NCBI GenBank assembly: GCA_002269645.1
Contig: NIVC01000104.1
Location: 248,001 to 312,000, forward strand
Origin: Macrostomum lignano
Taxonomy: Eukaryota
DNA: 64,000 nucleotides
Reading direction: 5' to 3'
Position 1 is the stretch's first letter. Each line of letters begins with the position of its first letter. The notes under the pieces were generated by a model, which ran no database searches, was not told the origin of the DNA, and was given only the letters and a program-made list of their open reading frames with translations. A program made the translations under genes and the position numbers. Below, one piece after another: positions 34,527 to 48,111 of this stretch.

Positions 34527-37500
34527 TTATTCCTCACGTTGGCAAGCCTCCAAGAACACCAGCTGATCAACTAGGAAACAATCAGCTAGCCTAGGATGCA
34601 TCGAAGCCAAACGATCCTGCAGTTCCGCCTCTTTCCAGCCTGCAGTCGAACGAGCTTCGCGTAGAAACTCGGCCAGCCGGTCGAATGTCTCCTTAGGCAG
34701 CCGGGCCAGGGCCTGTCGGCGAAGCATTTCAATTCGAACGGCTCTAGAAGCCGGCGTGAAGCAGACGCTGTCGGCTACGCAGGGCAGCGGGGCCAGATTG
34801 TCGATCTGCTCGACAAGATCGGCGCCCGGATGCGGCAGCAGCGCCGCCGCCGTCTCTTCGTCGTCTTCGTCTCCGTCGTCGCCGTCGACATCAACGTCGG
34901 AGTTGGAGTTGATCTCATCGTCGGCCTGATGATCGGCATGCCCAACCGTGGCGTCGCCATTGGCTACAGCGGAGCCCAGCCCCAAGGTCCCGGGTTCGAC
35001 TCGGCGCGGACCGTCTCTAGGCGTAGCCGCGGTCAGCAGCGGCACCGAGCCGATGTCATAGTGCAGACTGGACTGACCGCGCCGCCACTGCCTATTGTTG
35101 CTTCTGCTACTAGCAGCAGACAGGCCGCGAATGCCGCCAGCGCCGCCGTAGAGGCACCGGCTGATGGCGTCCTGACCGTCGGGCACGTCAGCGTTACCAA
35201 CAAGCCGACTGTCGGAGCGCAGCGGCTCCGGGCCTGTCGGGTGCCGATTGCCGCCGCTGCCAGCCTCCAGCAGGTCGCGCATTCGCCTCTCCCAGTCGGC
35301 CTCGCAGGCCAGCGTCAGCGACACGCCGCCTCTGCCGCTGTACGGCAGCTGAACTCCCGGCTGATTGATCAGCGGACCTCCCGGGCCGTCGCTATCGTCG
35401 CCGTCGAAATCGGCATCTTCGCCGCCGTCACCGCGTCGCCGACCGCCGAGGCCGCCGCGGACTTCGGCTAACAGGCGCTCCTCTTCTAGGCGAGCCGCTT
35501 CAGCGGCGCGTTCCCGAGCCTCGGCAGCACGGGCGGCGGCCTCGCGCCGGGCGAGTACACGGCAGATGTCGGGATCGCTGGCCAGCAGCTGGTTGCGCAG
35601 CGAGTTCAAATGTAGGCCAAAATATTTGCTGCCCAATAGGCTGGCGGAGCGCTCGCGATCTTCGGCCACGGGGCGGAGTAGGGCGTCAATGGCGGACAGC
35701 AGCTCGGGACCGTACTGCCTGGGACCGCTGGGCAGGGGGTTGCTGCGACCGCGTACAACGTTGTACACCTTTGGGTTGATTGGGGGGTCGTCATTTTTTA
35801 TTCCTAGGTCAAATTGACAAAGCTTATACAAATCAAATAGCCATGAAAATCACGATTCTTAGAATCCTGTTCTAAAAATCCCAATACTTCGGTCCCAAAA
35901 ATATCCTAACAGTTGTGGGATCCTACAGTCCCGAAAATTGTTAGGATATCCCAATCAATTTCGGGATCCTAGAGTTCCGAAAAAATCTCAATAATTTCGG
36001 GATACTACAGTCCAGAAAAAATCCCAATCAATTTCGGGATCTTACAGTCCTTAAAATATTCCAATAATTTCTGGATCCTACAGTCCCGAAAATATCCCAT
36101 CAATTTCGGGATCTCACAGTCCTGAAAAATCCCATCAATTTCGGGATCTCACAGTCCCGAAAATATCCCAGCAATTTCGGGATCTCACAGTCCCGAAATC
36201 AAAACTGCCACACTGCACTCACCACGCCCATCATGCTCTGCGAGTCGAACGCATAGCGCAGATGGCACATCTCGAACAGTATGCAGCCCATAGACCACAG
36301 GTCGCACTGTGAAGTGACGCCATCGTGACGCAGCACCTCCGGGCTGGTGTAGTGCGGAGTACCATAGAAAATCGAAGTAGTAGCTTTGTGATGCCCGAGC
36401 ATCAGCAGAGACGGGCAGAGGTCGCCAATTCGAATCCGGCCAGAATCTAAGAACACGTTGCTAGATTTCAAATTGCGGTGAATGATGCCGCGACTGTGCA
36501 GATAGCGAACGGCCAGGCAGAGCTGGACAAACCAGGCTGCGATTTGCGATTCCGGCAGAAAGCGACCGGCCTGTGGGCGGGTGTTGAATACTTTGGGTGT
36601 GTCATAAGTAATGTCACTGATGTGAAAACAGACGAACTTGCAATCGCAGATGAAGAAAACTGTACCACTCAACAGCATAGAGTCCCCCAATATCAATCAC
36701 CCTCTGGCAGTGCTCATACAGCTTGTCCACCTCAGCCTACAGGTGTTTTTCCTCCAACTGCCGTAACCAGTGCAACGCGGCCTGTTTGACCTCTTCATGG
36801 TTTGCAACTCTTCTTGGAAAAGTCAGCCTTCAGCCATTTGAACAGGAATCTCTTGCAAAAGTTGAAGTCTGGGCTGTAGGGACTGTCAGAGCATATTCAC
36901 TTGCCGTGCAGGCAGAAAATTCGAAACAGCCTTCAGGTGTGCAGCCGTGCGGTGTCCATCTGCCACAGAACCTCGTCCAGGTGACATGGATTTGACCGGA
37001 GAGTGCACCAGAGGTCCCCAGTGTGCCGGAAAAAGTCGATAAAATACTGGCCATCGACCTTGGTGTTTGGTGGAGTTGTGCAGATGGAGACTCGTTTGTT
37101 TGGCGTGAAGGCTACCAGCAGCATGGTCTTCTCGTCCGAGATGGACTTCCTAGTCACCATCGGCCTGAAGTCCCCAGCTCCCAACCAGCAGCGATTATCT
37201 GCCTTGCTGCCCTTGCCATCCAGGTGGAGCCAGCTTTCATCCTCAGCAACCAGGCAGTTTAGGATGTCATTCAAGCCCCGGCTGCTAAACACCTTGCGGA
37301 TCTGCTTGGTGCAGGCGTCTTGTCGAGATTCATGATGATTTTTGTTCGCTGCATAGACGATTTTTCATCGCGTTGCACTTGCTAAATCTGCTTGGCGTAT
37401 TCTTGCGATAGCTTGGGACATAAACAACCTATGCACGTCTCAAATGCACTGCTATTGCTTCACTAAGTATACTTTGCAGCTACGCTACCCACAAGTCCAT

Positions 37501-38951
37501 GTGCCTACATATTTTAGACAGAGGCCTGCAGTGACATTACTTATGACACACCCGAAGTATGATAATAATATATTTGGGATTCTACTGACTGAATAGGGAT
37601 CTTAAAGTGCAAAGGATCCCATATATAATTAGGGATCTTAAAGTGCAAAGGATCCCATATATAATCAGGGATCTTAAAGTGCAAAGGATCCCATATATAA
37701 TTAGGGATCTTAAAGTGCAAAGGATCCCATATATAATTAGGGATCTTAAAGTGCAAAGGATCCCATATATAATTAGGGATCTTAAAGTGCAAAGGATCCC
37801 ATATATAATTAGGGATCTTAAAGTGCAAAGGATCCCATATATAATTAGGGATCTTAAAGTGCAAAGGATCCCATATATAATTAGGGATCTTAAAGTGCAA
37901 AGGATCCCATATATAATTAGGGATCTTAAAGTGCAAAGGATCCCATATATAATTAGGGATCTTGAGGTGCAAACGATCCCATATATAATTAGGGATCTTA
38001 AAGTGCAAAGAATTCAATATATGAATAGGGGCCTTAAGTGCAAAGGATCCAATATATGAATAGGGGTCTTAACGTACAAATGAACAGTATATAATTAGGG
38101 ATCTTAAAGTGCAAAGGATCCAATATATTATTAGGGATCTTAAAGTGCAAAGGATTAAATAGATTATTAAGGATCTTAAAGTGCAAAGGATTGAATAAAT
38201 TCATAGGGATCCTAAAGTGTAAAGGATCCAACATATTGATAGGGATCTTAAAGTGCAAAGAATCCCATATATACAAAGGAATCTTAAAGTGCAAAAAAAT
38301 CCAATATATGAACAGGGATCTTAAAGTGCAAATCGTTTAATGAATTTATAGGGAAACTAAAGTAAACAATATCCCATAGATTAATAGTCATCTTGAAGTG
38401 CAACTAGGACTAATAAGGATTTTAAAGTCTGTCCAAAGCATCCCATAAATCTATTGGGATCTCTAGGTAACAAAAAACTCCCGAAAAAAGATTTTATCTG
38501 CCACAAAAGTTTAATTATCCATTTTTGACACAAAATCCCGTGAATTTCAGTTCAGCCAATAAGGATTTGAGGGCTGATTTCTGCTCACCTGTTTGCAGGC
38601 GATTAACACCTGGCCAAGATCGCCCTCTTCCCAATAGTGCGATATCGAGCAATAAAACTCGCCATCCAGAAAGCTTTCCAACGGAGTTGACAACAGCAGA
38701 TGGTTTAATTGGCTCAGCATCTCAGCTTCATCAAGTAGCTGGCGCAGCTGAGAAGGCGACAGCTGGCCAACGTGAATCTCTTTAAGGGTGCGCAGCGGAC
38801 AGCTGTCGGCCTGCAGATCCCGGACCAGATAGGCCACACCATCCAATCCAAGGTTGCCAAGGCGACGGACAACTTCATAGCGATTGGCAACAATACGCGG
38901 CTGGGAAATGCCATCTTCATCTTCGCAGACGCTGCCTCTGCTGGTTGGCAT
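34527..38951 (-). CDS. NEK11: NEK11-like NIMA-family protein, predicted pseudokinase, 3 exons, about 650 aa
   Basis: Exons 38951-38589, 36570-36223, 35768-34527 (phase 0). IVANRYEVVRRLG, LKEIHVGQL, WFVQLCLAVRYLHSRGIIHRNLKSSNVFL, GTPHYTSPE. The C-terminal helical block (FDRLAEFLREAR...DCFLVDQLVFLE) is typical of NEK11. Confidence 0.88.
35870..36197. repeat. About 36-bp degenerate minisatellite (GGGATCTCACAGTCCCGAAAATATCCCA...)
   Basis: NEK11-like intron 2. Confidence 0.85.
36640..37400 (-). mobile_element. Decayed Tc1/mariner transposase fragment
   Basis: Minus-strand DESWLHL...KTMLLVAF...VDGQYFIDF...WQMDTARLHT followed by SPYSPDFNFC, with stops and frameshifts. Confidence 0.75.
37590..38330. 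repeat. 36-bp minisatellite (AGGGATCTTAAAGTGCAAAGGATCCCATATATAATT)
   Basis: NEK11-like intron 1; internal GGGATC/GATCCC inverted pair. Confidence 0.95.
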
Positions 38952-39410
38952 TTTGGCTCAGTGTATTTCAGGCGCAGAAGAATTTAATTGAGAGCGTTTT
39001 TATTACTTGTATTCAATCAAAAAATATGCATGTAGAATAAAAAATCTCTGCTGTTTGAGTTCCCAGCCCAATGGACTTAAAAGTTCTCTTAACAAAAGCT
39101 ATGAAACTGGAAAAAAATATTTCATTTCTACTACCCTACCTAATGCTAATAATATTATTCCTTATGCTTTTGTAAAGTGTATCATTGTTTCTAATGCATT
39201 TCTATATACTTTAATAGTTTATTTATAGAGTTATTATAAAAAATTTTATCTTTAAAGGCATATTAGATGTGAATTCCAATATTTTTTAGAACTGGGATAG
39301 ACCCAATATTGATTTTACAACACATCCAAAAATGTCAACAGAAAACTTTTACGAGTTTATCGACTTTTTCGTAATCATGGGCTGTCTATGGCCAAATGTG
39401 ATGCAGTGAA

Positions 39411-39983
39411 CGAGAGGGGCTGTCTCATAAAACTACGAGACTTGTAAAACTGCTTCTGCTGCGCCTGCAAAGTTTATTGACATTCAATTTTCAATTGTGA
39501 ACTGCAAATGGATGTGCATTCAAAGACTGGGCAGCGACATGCCATCTTTACACTTTGGAGCTCCGGAACCAAATCGGCTGACATCCACAGGCAACTTTGC
39601 ACAGCTCATGGCGACCATGCTGTCAGCAAGATGACAAGTCTGCCAACCGATGAATGATTTTAATGTTGTTCACTTGTGTGATAATTTGCTTGTTATCTGT
39701 TTCACCTGCTTCTGTACTGTACTGTTGTGTTTTTTGTTTTTTCTGGAGTAATTACGCTCGTGATAAAAGTTTTCTGTTGACATTTTTGAGGTTCTGTAGG
39801 TCTGTGACTGACCTTTCTCTACTTAATCGTCCGTATCTCTTGAAGCACAGATTCAAATCTCTTGCAATTGGTGTCATTTAAAGAAGAGACTTGCCGCTTT
39901 CAAATGACACCAAGCATATGCAAGTGTGACTGTCCATACGTCCACACCAAGCAAAAGTAACACTACTTTCTAGACGCCCCTCA
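39411..39983 (+). mobile_element. Internally deleted mariner (irritans-like TIRs) retaining the N-terminal HTH start
   Basis: Left CGAGAGGGGCTGTCTCATAAAACT, right ACTTTCTAGACGCCCCTCA followed by TA. ORF from 39508, MDVHSKTGQRHAIFTLWSSGTKSADIHRQLCTAHGDHAVSK, resembles a mariner HTH. Confidence 0.65.
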
Positions 39984-41234
39984 TAAATTTACTTAGTCTA
40001 TCTATCTATTCATCTTGATAATTTTGCCAATTTATATAGGACAAAAATTAAAAAACTAATCATGACATAAACTTTAAACATATTAGTTAGATACAGCACA
40101 AATTTTGATCTTATTTGACCCTAAATATCTTGCAATATATAGGCCTAGTCTAGACAAGACAAACAAACAATCTCCTAATATGATTTTAAGATTCTATAAA
40201 TTACATATAAAATTATTGCCAAAACCAATTATCCTCAAAAAGATTAGCAAACAATAAATAAAAAATGTATACTATGGTATTAGTAACCCAAATCCTAATC
40301 CTAACTATATTTATTGGCTTTAGTTAGCTAAAACTCATTATAAAAATAAAAGATACAAGGACAAATATTGAGCAGTCCCTGATAAGATAACTATTTATAA
40401 GCTATTTATTTCAGTTATATTATAATATAAATAACATTGGCAATATTTACATGGTGTGCAAATAATGACTGCCCATAATCAAAGTATATATTGAGGTCTA
40501 TATATAACATAATTATGAGTCACAAGTAACTTACTTAGTTGTAGGCCTAGGCCTATATTATAGGATAAAAACATATTAACTGAAAGTCTCACCAAAGCTA
40601 TTTATTTATTGAGTAATTTTTAGCACAATAATTTTATTTTACTAGGGCCTATATAACTTGTTTTGATAAAGTTTTGTTTTTCTATGCTCAATTTCATTGG
40701 TGTAGATATTGATCCAATTAGAAAATTTGACTAATATAAATATAGGATACAAAAGCAAGAGAAGCTTGAATCTGGAGTTTGCCAATTCAACCTTAATACT
40801 TTGAAATGCTTAAAATATCTTTTATACTATCTTAGTTATTAGAAGTATGCTTGCAAAATTGAAGAGTTTAAAGCGTGTTTGTCAAATAAAGCAAGATTAT
40901 AAAATAAAGCCATTTGGTAAAAAAGGGCATTTTGCCAGTTAAACAATGATTATTGAATAAAGTAATTTTGTAAAATAAAAGGGCAGACTGTTAAGTAAAA
41001 AAGGGAAGGAATTTCCAAGAAGTAAAAGCATGATGCTTACTATTGCAAGCAAAGTAACATGATGCAATATTAAGTTGTGATAGACTATAATAAAAGCTAG
41101 AAACCCCTCAATCATTAGTAACACCATTTTGGAATTTATTTTTTACTATTATAGTAATAAGCAATGTCTTGCCACTTGAGCACTGAAGCTTTCAAAGGTA
41201 AATCATGATGATAGCCTATACTTATGCTTGGGTA

Positions 41235-41384
41235 CAACCTAGGGATTCACCCGACTATTTCTATTGGTAACACATACATGTAAGTTGCTATTGGACAGAA
41301 CAGTAGTCACGTGACTACTCTTAGCCAATAGTGACTTACATGTATGTGTTGCCAATAGAAATGGCCAAGTGATTCCCAAGGTTG
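41235..41384. repeat. 150-bp palindrome (MITE-like hairpin) centred on GTAGTCACGTGACTAC
   Basis: Arms CAACCTAGGGATTCAC...TTTCTATTGGTAACACATACATGTAAGT and its reverse complement, about 75 bp each. Confidence 0.85.
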
Positions 41385-44300
41385 CGCATGTATGCCTATA
41401 CTTAGTAAGTAATTTAATAATAAATTTGGGATATTATATAGTAGCCCTATAATAACTTTGTGGCATTTGTAGGATTTATTTTAGAGCAAACCAAAAAAGG
41501 CCTACAACCCATAGTCAATGTGTCCTATACTTAGCAACAGTCAAAAGTTCCACCTTATACAAATCAGGCATAGAGAGAAAATTTCTCATTTAAAATGCAC
41601 AGTAAAAAGTGAATAAAAATATTCTTGCTTGGTGGATGAAACTTTTGACTGTTGTTTGGTATATATACACCAGAATTTTTTGGTGTGCATTAGCCTTGCA
41701 TAGTTCCTTGGCATATATATTTGGCATGTTTAAATCTTAAAAAGTTGTATTTGGTATACAAAGTGGTTTGAAAAGCAATTTGAAAATAAAAACAAGTATT
41801 TCTAGTTTCTATAACAAAAGGTGGAACATTTCTAAGAAAAAGATAAGTGGTTTTAAGAGATAATGGGATTGTAAACCAAAACTAATAAATACATTAACTA
41901 AATATAATAGTGTTGTTTTAAAGAATTTAGATACTAGAACTTGAGTAATTGCAAGTTTTTTATAAAGGAATAATAGACATGACATTTGTCTTGTTATAAA
42001 GTAAATGTAAATATTAAATGTAAAAGTGGAAAAAATTTCCTTTATTATTATAGCAGAAAATGAGATTATATAATTCTAAAATTTTGGTATATATAACAAA
42101 GTTATAGGCTATTTTCTATTTTTGGTATACTTGGCATGTACCTAAAATTTTGCCTAGAAAATTCTGGCATACATTAGACACCTGCTTGACAGTGGCCTAT
42201 ACTATAGCATATAATTAATAGGGCCTATTTATATCATAATATATCCTATATCAATCCAAGGTGAAAATTATCTTAAAAATAATGCATTTTACACAGAAAG
42301 TAAAAAATTAAATGCACATGTAGGCAAAACTTTATTCATTTTTGTTTTTCTGCTTTGAACTGAAAGAGCTTTAGTTTAGGCCTAGTAAATTATTATTGGC
42401 TTGGCATTGGCACTAGAGTACACTATTGCTACATTTAAATCTAACAATATACCTATGCCCTATACACATTTTTCTAACAAAAAAAACTACTTTTTGTGCC
42501 TTTCTTGGTCAATTTTTTGAGCACTTGATGTTTGAAGTACACCCTGGTCCCTAGCCTAGATATCAAGCATTAGGCACTAGGGGTAGGCCTAAGGCTAACA
42601 CTGGCTAAGGCTAATATGGGATAGGCCTAATTGTTTTTCAATAGGCCTAGGCCTACTACAACTTCTTTAGGGTAGAGCCGAAATTGTCATATTCAAAATT
42701 GTCATATGATGATGACAACTTGAACAAATTTCAGACTTAAACATTTAAATATGACGACTTTGACCAAAGGCAAGGGTGTATTAATTTAGGATTTTCCTAC
42801 CTTTGGGCAAAAATCCCTTGCATATGCACCTGTAACTTTTATATTAACTGTGTCAATTAATGCTACTGATTCATGGCCCCTGATTGCTGCATTAGCAATC
42901 AGGGTCGGCGTTGCGTTTGTGCGAATTAATCTGAAGAAATTGCGCAGACGAATCACAACAAAATTTTCTTTCTCCTGCTTACTCCAACAGCCAGGTTCTC
43001 AAGTCTACATTCTCACATTCAAATATCAATTAAGTGGCGCCCGACTGCCACACATGACTACTGAGAATACACTGTAAATTGTTTTAATTTGTTGGCAAAC
43101 AAGAACACGCTGCCACCATGAGCTAAGATCCTTGCGCAGCCAATGCAACATAATATTTATGACGATTTAGTGAATGCAGCATTGTCCAATACTGAGATGA
43201 TGACGATTTAGATAATTTAGTTGTTTTTCTCGTAAGCCGCAAATGACGATCTCGAATATGACGACTTCGGCCGGAACCCTTCTTTACAAGGTTAGGATTA
43301 GGGCAAGAAACCATGTGCAGATAATGCATAGGCCAAGTTGTCCTCTAAAATGTTTTTTTAGTTTAGAGACAATCTATAACATCATAAGTAGGCCTAGCCT
43401 AGCACCTTGAGTCCTTGACTATATGTATTTGCCAAAAAGGATAGCCTCTTACCCTTGGGGCCTTGGCCTTATTTGTGCTACTGTATTATAGGTGTAGTGT
43501 AGGATAAATAACAAATGTGAAGGTAGTGGGTAGTGGGTACATAAGGCGATAAGGAAAACAGCACCATTTGATGATTTGATGACTTAAGAACTACCAACTA
43601 GTAGTATAGAAATATAGGCCTAACTTGTGAACTAGGGAAATAACATAAAAAAGATTCTTTCAAAAGAGAACCATAAAATTAGTCTGCTGATAAAAACAAA
43701 GGGTCCTTATGACAGTTCTTCCCAGTTCACGAATCTCAAAAACACAAATTTACATTATTCATAGTTGCAATGTAACAATCTTAAACTTAAAAAATGAAAT
43801 GCTAATGTGTGGCACACGCTTCGATAGACTTGGACTAGCATAACTTTGTACCAACATAATGTATGTTTTTCATTTCTATTTCTTACTTTCTTTATTATTT
43901 AACGGCGTACATAGGCGTAAAACTAAGGTAATAATTTAGGGAAACGGTGAAACTTAATAACATTTTACGACACGCCATGCATGCTGCACTCGGTTAATTA
44001 TAAAATGAGGTCATTGCTAGGAAATCAAATTAAAATTGCTTGTCAGCCAATATCTAAAACAAAACATGCAGCTTCCTAATAATCGGTATTTTATCATGAC
44101 TTCAAAAATTGTTTCAATAGTTGAAAACAAAAAGTAGTCCACTGTTTTTGTTAACTATTTTTCTTTACAGAATAAGGTTCTAAATTATAACGTTATATTT
44201 ATTCATTTTTATTTCGAATTGTATAAAAGTATAATAACTGTAAGGCCAGGGCTGTTGCCCCTCAGTAGCATGGCGTAGTGATCTTATCTGCGCACTATAT

Positions 44301-44639
44301 GTCTGTTTGGCAGGCATTTTTTCAGCCAGCGATTCTCACACCTTGCCTCGATCTTTTGACGTGATGATTAGCTCAAAAAGTCTTTGTCTCCTACAGCCTT
44401 ACTTACAGAACGCACTTCGAAGACAATTCATCACGTGGGTGTTGAGGCAGGCCTCCTAAGTCTTGCGCAGAGGATTCTTGGCACCAAGGTCCTTGTTTGA
44501 CCATGAACTGATCACCTTCTTAGTATTTTCTGTTACACATTTAATTTTTACCAGTCAGCTAAGAATGATAAAACCATGAATGGTTCTTCGAGTTGTGTTA
44601 TTTTTTAGGCACAGAATATGCACGATTGTAGGTAGGATG

Positions 44640-44914
44640 TAAAATTAACATAGAATCCTAATTTTCTACACAAAAAACTTTATTAATATCAACAGAGCTA
44701 CATGTGAGAGAAATGAAAAACAGAAAAAAACTATGAAACTTCGGTTTGTCTCCTATCAAAAGCAATAACAGTTTTGTTTTAACAGCCTGCCTGCACTGAA
44801 GTTAAAAAACTCCATAATGCATTTTTCTATTGTAAAATCTGCATGCTGCCTCCTAAAATTTTTCCGAAAAAACGTATAGTCTTCCGTCCTTCTATATGCT
44901 TGAGAGTGTCCTTG
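44640..44914. mobile_element. Right end of a diverged CAAGGAC-family element
   Basis: AAAATTAACATAGAATCCTAATTTTCT and CTCCTATCAAAAG are shared with 1657-1760; ends CCGTCCTTCTA...GTCCTTG at 44914. Left end not found. Confidence 0.7.
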
Positions 44915-44939
44915 TTAAGAAGAAGTCTGATCGCAAACG

Positions 44940-46887
<1,948 letters not shown>

Positions 46888-47348
46888 CGGCCACTATTGG
46901 TGAAGGTTCGGATTTAGCATTCATTGTCAGCATCGGAACAAGCAAAGCAGCTGGAAAACCAACACCGCTTAAGCAGCAGTAAAAAGCTGAGGCTGCAACT
47001 TTAGTTTACGACTATACTGAGCAATTTTCTCGAATCAAATCGACTTCACAATTTGTATGGCAGGCGGCAACTAAAAATTTAAACAAAAATTTACAACTGC
47101 AAAATTGTGAGTAAAGCTTCTGCCTGAGATTGTGCAATTTGTGCAGCTCTCTCGCAGCTCATCGATCAGAGCCACCATAGAAATCGGGAGCTCTGAATTG
47201 CCCACTTCCTGCGGTGGGCATTCAATCATTAGCATCAGCCAGCGGTTTCCAGCACAATAAATAGGAGGTCCGCCCAGCCTTCGCGGTACTGGCCAAGTGA
47301 TTTTACAGAATTGCGCTATAATTGCTGCCGACACAGCGACACAGCGAC

Positions 47349-48111
47349 ATGTGCAATCTCGGAGGTCGACTTCTGTTTCTGACTGCAGTGGCTTCAGCAG
47401 CCTGCCTGATCGGCTTGGCTAGTGCGGTGAGGTTGATCTTTTTTTAATTCTTTAAATAGTTTTCAATCTTGTTTTTGGGAAAATATGTACAGCATGTTTA
47501 CTCTTCTTAGGGCGTAATTATTTGATAAATTAAAGTAACTATTTTACTAAACAATGGACGGCGAGGAGTTTTAAATGTACCTTACTCATGAGCAACGTGC
47601 GCGAACAATTAGCCGATGGGTTGTTTTGTCGTGTACATGCCTATCGATTAGACGGTCAGGGCCGCACTCAGCGAAGTTTAGTGACTTTTTTGGTTCCAAT
47701 AATCTAATTTACATATTTTTATCCAAGGTTTGAATTAACCTACTACTCGTATGAGTAGCAATGCAGAAAAAATGCTTCAATTATCAGCAACAAAACGTCG
47801 AAATATTCCTACAGGACCCGCGCAGCGCAATGGAGTACCAGTTGGAGAGGTACATCAAGCCCTGTGCTCTGCACGGTCGCCGCTGCCCTCCGGACGACAG
47901 CATCGGTAACCTGGACAAGATGGAGCGCGAAATTCCCGATCTACTGAGCGAGTTTCGAGCTCGCGATTTGAACCAGCCAATGCCGGGAGACTGCAACTGC
48001 AGCAGGGAGTCCTGCGTACGGGCGTGCTGGTACGAACTGACCAAGGCCATCATTCTGAGCGACTACCAGGGCTTTCTGTCTGAAAGGCGTCGCCGATCGC
48101 ATAGGAAGTGA
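47349..48111 (+). CDS. Small secreted six-cysteine protein of unknown family (2 exons, 124 aa)
   Basis: Exon 1 47349-47426 encodes signal peptide MCNLGGRLLFLTAVASAACLIGLASA (GTGAGG donor). Exon 2 47815-48111 follows a TCCTACAG acceptor with matching phase 0. AATAAA at about 48128. Confidence 0.75.
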
